Positions 9,193 to 15,966 of a stretch of DNA of 64,000 nt are shown here, in pieces. A model generated the notes under the pieces. The model saw nothing but the letters and a program-made list of their open reading frames with translations. It was not told the origin of the DNA and did not search any database. The stretch lies in assembly GCA_017453285.1 (NCBI GenBank), contig JAFTKL010000008.1, forward strand, positions 14,434 to 78,433. The letters are read 5' to 3'. Both the position numbers and the translations under genes were made by a program. The stretch is from Clostridia bacterium. GTDB lineage: Bacteria; Bacillota; Clostridia; Oscillospirales; CAG-272. The stretch's first letter is position 1, and the number at the start of each line of letters is the position of its first letter.

Positions 9193-10218
9193 TCAAAGAT
9201 TTGTCATATCCTTGTCTACGACGTACTTCTTGTAAGTATGGTCAGTGAACTGCTCGGGCAATACCAGCGGATAGCTGATAGTTCCCTGTCCGCCCTCCTG
9301 AGTTTCGGTCAGATATGCCTTGAACTCGCACTCGTGGCGGTCGAAGACGTTGCAGCTACGGAGCACAGAGTTGAATCTGCCGTCTGCGTGGAATCCGACA
9401 GCCTTGCCTCCTCTGCCCGTGTACCAATAGCAGATGCAATCGGTATAGATCTGGCGCGCGCCGTCTTTCATACGGAAGCCGACTGCGAACTGATCGCTGT
9501 AGCAGCAGTTATATATGCTGTGGAACCAGGTATCGTCCCAGAACGCGCAGCTTGCCTTGAATACCTCGTCCTTCTCGAGATCGCCTCTGAAGGTATAGAG
9601 AGGATGGATATTCTTCATGAGCTGAGAAGATGCAAGTATCTTAAATCCGAACTGAACGCCCGCGATACGCATATTGGTAAAGCTGTTGTCCGAGCCCTCG
9701 ATGAGCACGCCGACCGAGCCTTCCTTGCAGTTGCCCACGATATTTACGTTCTGCACGTCAGCATCCGAGGAGTTCGAGTTTGCGCCGTGCTTGATGTGAA
9801 TTCCGACGAAGGTATTCTTGATCGACACCTTCTCGATAAGAGTCTCGCGTCCCGAGTCGATAGAAATTCCCTTTGCAACTCCGCTTCCGTCGATGATACC
9901 GCCGAAGATGCCGTAGTTGCTTCCGTTTATTCTGATATTGTTGAAGGGCTCAGCCGCGCCGAGACGAACCATAGCCTCGTCGCTGTCCCATCCGTCTGCC
10001 GCCTTGAGAGTCGCGAACTTGGAAAGCTCGAGATTTACCGCGTTAGCTCCGTTTGCAGAAGTGCAGATCGGCTTAGAAAGGATATACTCTCCATCTGGGA
10101 AATATATCGTTCTGTGGGGATTTTCGTCAATTATCTTCTGTATTGCATCCGATACATCCTTGCCGGTGTTAGCCTCGACGTAGTCGGTTACAACTACGTA
10201 GCCTCTGTTTTCGATCAT
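9193..10218 (-). CDS. BH8: leaderless short beta-helix paralog. Subfamily D.
   Basis: It begins MIENRGYVVVTDYVEANTGKDVSDAIQKIIDENPHRTIYFPDGEYILSKPICTS. The RBS is AAAGGAGAGAGG. A 13-nt gap separates it from BH7. Confidence 0.88.
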   Translation of the reverse strand: MIENRGYVVVTDYVEANTGKDVSDAIQKIIDENPHRTIYFPDGEYILSKPICTSANGANAVNLELSKFATLKAADGWDSDEAMVRLGAAEPFNNIRINGSNYGIFGGIIDGSGVAKGISIDSGRETLIEKVSIKNTFVGIHIKHGANSNSSDADVQNVNIVGNCKEGSVGVLIEGSDNSFTNMRIAGVQFGFKILASSQLMKNIHPLYTFRGDLEKDEVFKASCAFWDDTWFHSIYNCCYSDQFAVGFRMKDGARQIYTDCICYWYTGRGGKAVGFHADGRFNSVLRSCNVFDRHECEFKAYLTETQEGGQGTISYPLVLPEQFTDHTYKKYVVDKDMTNL

Positions 10219-10236
10219 AGCCTCTCTCCTTTACTT

Positions 10237-11253
10237 TTATATTACTCTGCCTACGAGATACTGCTTATAGGTCTCGTCGGTCACTCTCTCTGTGATGGGA
10301 TTTTCGATAAATCCGTGTCCGCCCTCTTCTGCAACCGTGATATACGCGTTGTTATCGTTGCTGTTGCGGTTGAAGTGAACTCTGCAATCGCGGATGATCG
10401 AATTGAACTTTCCGTCTACCTTGAAGCCTCTCTCGAGTCCGTCAGCCTTGTACCAATAGCAGAAGCAGTCAGCATATGTCAGTCTTGCGCCGTCTTTCAT
10501 ACGGAAACCTGTCGAGAACTGATCGCTGTAGCAGTTGTTGTACCAGACCTCGTGATTTGTGTCGTCCCAGAATGCACAGCTCTCTGCGTAGCGACCTGCA
10601 AGACCTGCGTCGTAGGTGTAGAGCGGATGGAGATTCTTGAGGAACTGCGAGGGAGCGAGTATCTTGAAACCGATCTCGATGTGAGCGATACGCATATTCG
10701 TAAAGGTGTTGTCGCAACCCTCGATCAGCACGCCGATAGACTCGGGCTGACCGTTACCTACGATATTTACGTTCATAATATCGGCATCCGAGGAGTTGGA
10801 ATTTGCTCCGTGCTTGATGTGGATACCTATCTGTGTATTTTTAATAGATACCTCGCGAATGAGAGTCTCTCTGCCGCTGTCGACCGACACGCCGTTAGCA
10901 ACGCCGCTTCCGTCGATGATACCGCCGATAATACCGTAGTTACTTCCGTTTACGGTTATGGTATTAAAGGGCTCTGCCGCGCCCAGACGCACGATAGCCT
11001 CCTTCTCGGTCCAATCCTTCGATGCCTTGAGAGTGGCGAACTTGGAAAGCTCGAGCGATACCGCGTTTACGGGGTTCGCCGAGGTACAGATCGGCTTCGA
11101 GAGGATATATTCGCCGTCGGGAAAATATATCGTTCTGTGCGGATTTTCATTGATGATCTTCTGAAGCTCGTCCGAGACGTCCTTGCCGGTGTTAGCCTCA
11201 ACGTAGTCTGTGACCACCACGTATCCGAATGCATTTGCATTGATATCTTTCAT
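10237..11253 (-). CDS. BH9: leaderless short beta-helix paralog. Subfamily D; first gene of the BH9-BH6 operon.
   Basis: The start was moved to MKDINANAFGYVVVTDYVEANTGKDVSDELQKIINENPHRTIYFPDGEYILSKPICTS, with the RBS AAAGGAGGT upstream. Confidence 0.85.
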   Translation of the reverse strand: MKDINANAFGYVVVTDYVEANTGKDVSDELQKIINENPHRTIYFPDGEYILSKPICTSANPVNAVSLELSKFATLKASKDWTEKEAIVRLGAAEPFNTITVNGSNYGIIGGIIDGSGVANGVSVDSGRETLIREVSIKNTQIGIHIKHGANSNSSDADIMNVNIVGNGQPESIGVLIEGCDNTFTNMRIAHIEIGFKILAPSQFLKNLHPLYTYDAGLAGRYAESCAFWDDTNHEVWYNNCYSDQFSTGFRMKDGARLTYADCFCYWYKADGLERGFKVDGKFNSIIRDCRVHFNRNSNDNNAYITVAEEGGHGFIENPITERVTDETYKQYLVGRVI

Positions 11254-11294
11254 TTTTTTACCTCCTTTGGTGGCAATTGCCACTTATTGAGTTC

Positions 11295-11323
11295 ATTATA
11301 ACACACAAAAAAAAGCAAGTCAA
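11295..11323 (-). promoter_or_regulatory. Sigma-A promoter for BH9-BH8-BH7-BH6. It overlaps the BH10 terminator.
   Basis: On the minus strand: TTGACT (11323-11318), 17-nt spacer, TATAAT (11300-11295). Confidence 0.65.
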
Positions 11324-11347
11324 TTCCTTTTGAGAAATTGACTTGCT
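11314..11347 (-). terminator. Intrinsic terminator after BH10
   Basis: A perfect 12-bp stem pairs agcaagtcaatt (11314-11325) with aattgacttgct (11336-11347). A T8 run follows on the minus strand. Confidence 0.7.
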
Positions 11348-11368
11348 AAATTTTTGATAGATTTTTTA

Positions 11369-12754
11369 TCAGCCGCCCCAGACTACCTTGCCGACGAGGT
11401 AATCCTTATAGGTGTCGTCATCGCACGCACCTACGGGGAATGCGGGATATTCAACGATGCCGTTGCCGCCCTCTTCACCGACGATCATAAATCTGCCGTC
11501 GGTCTGCGTCTCAAGGTCAACTCGGTAGTTCTTGAGGACAGAGTTGAACTTTCCGTCGGATGCAAAACCGTACTGCTTCTGTCCCTCTTCTTTTTTGTAC
11601 CAATAAGCGTAGCAGTTGTTATACACCGACATAGTGTGACCGCTGGTACGGAATCCGATAGCGAAGTTGTCGGGATAGCAGATATCGTAGGTGTTGCCCT
11701 CGCTCGTATCCCAGAAGCCTATACTGTCGCTGTAGTCGTAGTTGCTTGTGTAGATGAAGAGCATATGGAGATTGCGGAATATATTGTTCTTTCCGTTAGC
11801 CTTGGTAGCTACCTGGAAGCTTGCTACTCTCATATTGGTAAAGGTATTTCCGTCGCTGTCAACGAGAACTCCGACAGAGTCGGGAAGATTGCAGCCGACG
11901 ATGTTTACCGTCTCAATATCAGCGTAGCTCGAGGGGCTCTCGTCGTTGAGCGCGATGTGAAGTCCCTGCGTAACGAACTTGATCGATACGTATCTCACCG
12001 AGGTCTCAAGTCCGCCTGCGACCTCAACACCTCTTGCCTTATTAGAGCCGTCAATGCAACCGCCCTCCATGTAGTAGTTGCTTCCTACCTCGTCGACCGT
12101 AAATGTCTTGTCCTTAGCGCCGAGCTGGATCATATATCCGTTAGCATCATCCCAATCCGAAGCCGCCTTGATAATAGCAAAGGTCGAAAGTCTGAGTGAA
12201 ACTGCCTTGGCGGGATCGCTCGAGGTGATAAGAGGCTTGGAGATCAAATATTCTCCGTCGGGGAAATAGATAGTGGTATTGGGGTTCTCGTCGATGATCT
12301 TCTGAAGCTCTGCCGAAACGTCCTTGCGGGCATTTATTCTTATGTAGTCGGTAACTACTACGTAGCCCTTGGCTTTTGCGGTCTCTGCGTCAAGCTCTTC
12401 CTCGGGTTCTTCCTTTGAGGTTGTCTTTTTCTCGAGCATAGAGTCAGTAATGATGTCTCCCGCCTTAACGTCGACAAGGAGCTTTCTGCCGATAGCATCG
12501 GTCGCTTTGCTGAGATATCCTTCGGGTGCACTCGCCGCATCGACCTCTACCGTCTCAAGAGACACAATGCCAAAGGATGAACCTGCGGCAACATCAGTCT
12601 TTGCCTTAACGACTCTTACAAGAAGAGTGCTCTCCTGCTCGGATGGCTGTTCCTCCCCTCCGCCGTTGCAAGCACAGAGCGCAAGCATAACTACCGCAAG
12701 TACTGTGCACACGACAGTTCTGAATAATTTATTTATCGAAAATCTGTTTTTCAT
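11369..12754 (-). CDS. BH10: SAF-like/beta-helix lipoprotein paralog. Subfamily C.
   Basis: The N-terminus is MKNRFSINKLFRTVVCTVLAVVMLALCACNGGGEE (lipobox-like). The SAF-like stretch is LLVRVVKAKTDVAAGSSFG...GRKLLVDVKAGDIITDSML. An acidic linker follows, then GYVVVTDYIRINARKDVSAELQKIIDENPNTTIYFPDGEYLISKPL. Confidence 0.85.
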   Translation of the reverse strand: MKNRFSINKLFRTVVCTVLAVVMLALCACNGGGEEQPSEQESTLLVRVVKAKTDVAAGSSFGIVSLETVEVDAASAPEGYLSKATDAIGRKLLVDVKAGDIITDSMLEKKTTSKEEPEEELDAETAKAKGYVVVTDYIRINARKDVSAELQKIIDENPNTTIYFPDGEYLISKPLITSSDPAKAVSLRLSTFAIIKAASDWDDANGYMIQLGAKDKTFTVDEVGSNYYMEGGCIDGSNKARGVEVAGGLETSVRYVSIKFVTQGLHIALNDESPSSYADIETVNIVGCNLPDSVGVLVDSDGNTFTNMRVASFQVATKANGKNNIFRNLHMLFIYTSNYDYSDSIGFWDTSEGNTYDICYPDNFAIGFRTSGHTMSVYNNCYAYWYKKEEGQKQYGFASDGKFNSVLKNYRVDLETQTDGRFMIVGEEGGNGIVEYPAFPVGACDDDTYKDYLVGKVVWGG

Positions 12755-12772
12755 ATCTTCACCTCTTTACAA

Positions 12773-14131
12773 TCAACTGTTCCAGATTACATTTCCTACA
12801 AGATGGTTCACATAGCTGGTATTGTGCACCTTGCTCTTATCGAATATCGGATATTGAATAACTCCCTTTCCGCCTTCAGCACCGAGGTCAAGGAACATAC
12901 AATTCGCGTCATCCCCAAACTCCGCTCTGAAGTTGGAAACTATCGAGCTAAGACGTCCGTCGGTCGCGATAGCGGTCTGTGATGTCGCCTCGGGAGACGT
13001 CCAGCTTGCAGTGCAGTCGTTCATCATATCAAGCGCTCCGCCTCTGATTCTGAAGCCCACACGGAAGCCCTCGGCGTGAAATCCGTCCATCCAATTGCTT
13101 CCATTGGAATCAAGAAATCCGATACTGTCATTATAATCCCAGCTATCTCTGTGCTCGTAAACTGCGTGAACGTTGTGCATAAGGTTGCCTGCTTTTGTCA
13201 TCTGCATTCCGATCTCAAAGCCGCTGATGCGGATATCGGTCAGCGTGTTGTCAAGTCCGTCAACGTGAACGCCGATCGAACCGGGGAGATAGCAGCCCTC
13301 GATGTCTATAGCCTCGAAGTCGCAGTCGTTAGAGCCGTATGCCTGATTGTAAGCGATCTTGAGGCCCTGAGTTACGTTCTTGATCGAGATCTGACGGACC
13401 GAGGTCTCGCGTCCGCCCTCGAGAATGATTCCCTTTGCCTTGCGGTTACCGTCGATAATGCCGCCGTACATATAGTAGTTACTGCCGGTCTGGCTGATGG
13501 TGAAGGTCTCGTCGATAGCACCGAGCTGGATCATATGCTCGGCTCCGCCTCTCCAGCGGTCAGATGCCTTGATGACCGCGAAGCTCGACAGATGCAGAGA
13601 GACCGCCTTCTGAGGATTACTCGAGGTCTTAATTGGCTTTTCTATCGTATAAACTCCGTCGGGAAAGAAGATAGTCTTTCTCGGGTTCTTGTCGATGATC
13701 TCCTGGATCTTGTCGGTCAGGTTCTCGCCCGTGTTCGCGTCAAGATAATCGGTAACGACCACAAAACCAAGCTTTTTTGCAAGCGGAATAGTTATATTCG
13801 AGGTATCGACCTCCTTTTTCTCGGCAAGCATAGACTCTCCGATAACGTCGCCCGCCTTAATGTCAACGAGAAGCGTGCGTCCGACTATTTCACTCGTCTT
13901 GATAAGATAGTCATCGGGAGCGAGAGTTCTTTCGACCTCAACTACCTCAACGTCCTTTATTCCAAGGGCCTTTCCCGCCACCGCATCGACCTTCGTGCGA
14001 AGGGCCTTTACGAGCAACTTGGGTGCCTCTGTCTCTACCGCTTCTCCGCCGCCGTTACACGAGCAGGCGAGAAACACGGTCAGAACGAGAAGCACAAGGG
14101 CGAGCGCCTTGATAACCGTTCTTTTTTTCAT
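12773..14131 (-). CDS. BH11: SAF-like/beta-helix lipoprotein paralog. Subfamily C.
   Basis: The N-terminus is MKKRTVIKALALVLLVLTVFLACSCNGGGEA. The SAF-like stretch is LLVKALRTKVDAVAGKALG..GRTLLVDIKAGDVIGESML. The core begins GFVVVTDYLDANTGENLTDKIQEIIDKNPRKTIFFPDGVYTIEKPI. Its stop is 18 nt before the BH10 start. Confidence 0.85.
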   Translation of the reverse strand: MKKRTVIKALALVLLVLTVFLACSCNGGGEAVETEAPKLLVKALRTKVDAVAGKALGIKDVEVVEVERTLAPDDYLIKTSEIVGRTLLVDIKAGDVIGESMLAEKKEVDTSNITIPLAKKLGFVVVTDYLDANTGENLTDKIQEIIDKNPRKTIFFPDGVYTIEKPIKTSSNPQKAVSLHLSSFAVIKASDRWRGGAEHMIQLGAIDETFTISQTGSNYYMYGGIIDGNRKAKGIILEGGRETSVRQISIKNVTQGLKIAYNQAYGSNDCDFEAIDIEGCYLPGSIGVHVDGLDNTLTDIRISGFEIGMQMTKAGNLMHNVHAVYEHRDSWDYNDSIGFLDSNGSNWMDGFHAEGFRVGFRIRGGALDMMNDCTASWTSPEATSQTAIATDGRLSSIVSNFRAEFGDDANCMFLDLGAEGGKGVIQYPIFDKSKVHNTSYVNHLVGNVIWNS

Positions 14132-14192
14132 AGCTCTTTCCTTTCGAAAATATTTCTACCAAAAAGCAGATGCAAGATCTGCATACATAATC

Positions 14193-14221
14193 ATTTTACC
14201 ATAAAAAAACTGCCGTGTCAA
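14193..14221 (-). promoter_or_regulatory. Sigma-A promoter for BH11-BH10, inside DR1
   Basis: On the minus strand: TTGACA (14221-14216), 17-nt spacer, TGgTAAAAT (TAAAAT at 14198-14193). A small leader hairpin, gcagat/atctgc plus T5, lies at 14166-14182. Confidence 0.6.
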
Positions 14222-14291
14222 TACAAATCTTCTAAGCGACTTTGAGCCGAATTTTGCTCTTTTTTAACAATTCTTTGTTTTATAGAAAATT

Positions 14292-14318
14292 CCGCCTGCC
14301 GAGATTTTCGGCAGGCGG
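14292..14318 (-). terminator. Intrinsic terminator (DR1 copy) just after the lipoprotein gene
   Basis: A perfect 9-bp stem pairs ccgcctgcc with ggcaggcgg around a 9-nt loop. AATTTTCTAT follows on the minus strand. Confidence 0.6.
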
Positions 14319-14323
14319 TGGGG

Positions 14324-15220
14324 TTATTTAACGTTTATGTGCAGAACAGGAGGAGGAAAATCACTTGCGTTTTCTCCGTCAGGCAAAGTATAAACTCTTA
14401 TGTAATAATCGCCCTTAGAGTCAATTACAAGTCTTTTTTCCGCGATTTTCCATACTCCTTTAATACTTTTTTCCAAGGTGTCAAGAGCATTCTCTAATTC
14501 CTTTTTAGAGATATCCTCCTTTGCAGTATCAAACACTCCCATAAATCTTGCATTTATAGCAATAATCTTTCCTGCCTTATTAACGCTTATCTCAATATAA
14601 TCGTCAGTAAGAATTCCAAAAACATCCTCTTTTCTTTCGAAAACAATAAAATATCCTGTCTTAGTTCCGCTATCACTGAAAATCGCCTTGCTTTGAACAT
14701 AATTCTCCGCAATTTCTTTTCCATAAAGAGAATTAAGTGTTTCCTCCGCGATGTGTATTGCCTCGTCCTCGGTACAATTCCCCTCTGCCGTTCTATCTTC
14801 TCTATTGGTGATTGAGAAAAATACAATTTTATCGGTATTTTCTAAAAGCTCTACCGTCGCATCTTGACCTCTGTACTTGTTATATTTACTATACTGTCCC
14901 TTATATCGTTCAATATTTGAAAGATCATTTTTATATGATTTTACAAGACCAACAGAATATGAAAAATCAGAAATTTGAACCTCACGTGTTTTTGCCGCAT
15001 CATTGGGATCAATCTCTTCCTCATTTAAAGGAGAAAAGTCTATTTCTCCTTCGCTCTTTAGTTCTACATTATTGGGAAGGCTAATATCAAGTGCCCCACT
15101 TTGTATCCCACTTTTCAGATCAAAGTCTGAATATATCGTATATTTTATTCTTTCCCCTCCACACGAGCACAAGGATAAAACAAGCGTTATAAAGCATATC
15201 ATTGACATAATTTGTTTCAT
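14324..15220 (-). CDS. Hypothetical lipoprotein in the AT-rich insert
   Basis: The N-terminus is MKQIMSMICFITLVLSLCSCGGE (signal peptide plus lipobox). The 298-aa ORF is visibly AT-richer than its flanks. I recognise no family. Confidence 0.7.
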   Translation of the reverse strand: MKQIMSMICFITLVLSLCSCGGERIKYTIYSDFDLKSGIQSGALDISLPNNVELKSEGEIDFSPLNEEEIDPNDAAKTREVQISDFSYSVGLVKSYKNDLSNIERYKGQYSKYNKYRGQDATVELLENTDKIVFFSITNREDRTAEGNCTEDEAIHIAEETLNSLYGKEIAENYVQSKAIFSDSGTKTGYFIVFERKEDVFGILTDDYIEISVNKAGKIIAINARFMGVFDTAKEDISKKELENALDTLEKSIKGVWKIAEKRLVIDSKGDYYIRVYTLPDGENASDFPPPVLHINVK

Positions 15221-15232
15221 AGCAATTCTCCT

Positions 15233-15783
15233 TTACTGCAAATTTAAGTATTGAAACCCTTCGCCGCGATAATCCAACGGTAACTCAGATCTATATTCCA
15301 ATTGTGAACTCCCTTTATCACCAACTATAACAAAGACACCTCCAACCTTATCCGTTGCTTCCTCAATCGACTCGTTGATATTATATCCCTTATTGATGTT
15401 GTCTAAAAAATATTCAAGCCAATCATTTGTATTCGGTATACGTACCTGTTCAGTAAAGCCTAAAACAAAGTGAGCACCTTTGTTAAAAGTTTCATCTAAC
15501 AAACAAGAAATACCAGAAACAGAACTATAATTTTCATATGCCCAACCAAAGTAACCTAAATCATCCATGGTTTCACATAATAATCAACATTTTCGGTAGT
15601 ATCAAATGGCACATGTAAACCATATTCATAATGCATGTAATTGAAAGCAAATATCTCCGCATATCTTTTTTCAACCGCCATAAATGACCAATAGCATGCC
15701 GCTGTCTCTGTTGGGCTAAGATAAACATTACCACTCTCATCTTGCGCAACATATTTTGTACCTTTCGAGAATATTTCTGCCAA
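15233..15783 (-). pseudogene. 5'-truncated and frameshifted gene remnant (two overlapping ORF fragments)
   Basis: The 75-aa fragment (15556-15783) and the 111-aa fragment (15233-15568) overlap by 13 nt at CCATGGATGATTTAG in frames one nt apart. The upstream reading frame runs into DR2 with no ATG or RBS; only a TTG is available there. The RBS inherited from the repeat points at a different, junk-looking frame. Confidence 0.5.
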
Positions 15784-15813
15784 AAAGCAGATGCAAGAGC
15801 TGCATACATAACT

Positions 15814-15842
15814 ATTTTACCATAAAAAAACGATTATGTCAA
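15814..15842 (-). promoter_or_regulatory. Sigma-A promoter (DR2 copy) reading into the AT-rich insert
   Basis: On the minus strand: TTGACA (15842-15837), 17-nt spacer, TGgTAAAAT (15819-15814). Confidence 0.55.
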
Positions 15843-15912
15843 CACAAACCTTCTAAGCAACCTTGAGGCGAATTTTTCTCTTTTTTAACAATTCTTTGTT
15901 TTATAGAAAATT

Positions 15913-15939
15913 CCGCCTGCCGAGATTTTCGGCAGGCGG
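15913..15939 (-). terminator. Intrinsic terminator after the P-type ATPase (DR2 copy)
   Basis: The same ccgcctgcc/ggcaggcgg hairpin, 28 nt past the ATPase stop. Confidence 0.65.
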
Positions 15940-15966
15940 CGTGTAAATATAAGGTTTGGAGAAAGC

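Larger units (their letters stand above)
14140..14320. repeat. Direct repeat DR1: a terminator+promoter+leader module.
   Basis: It aligns without indels to 15761-15941 at a constant offset of 1621 bp. I counted about 17 mismatches in 181 positions by eye. The last ~62 nt, including the hairpin, are identical. Confidence 0.9.
15761..15941. repeat. Direct repeat DR2, partner of DR1
   Basis: See DR1. It holds the same promoter, leader hairpin and terminator hairpin at an offset of +1621. Confidence 0.9.

Noticed and set aside
1-14131. Possibility that the BH array is driven by a diversity-generating retroelement, a shufflon/invertase switch or silent-cassette antigenic variation.
   Set aside because: There is no reverse transcriptase, recombinase or invertase gene here. 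I saw no template/variable repeat pair and no inverted repeats flanking the promoters. Every member has its own start codon and RBS. Nucleotide divergence shows no recent gene-conversion tracts.
15573-15809. A 78-aa ORF whose internal ATG (15752) sits at the right distance from the RBS copied within DR2.
   Set aside because: Its sequence is Met/Arg/Lys-rich junk. It overlaps the more protein-like but truncated frame. It is probably an accidental consequence of the repeat junction.
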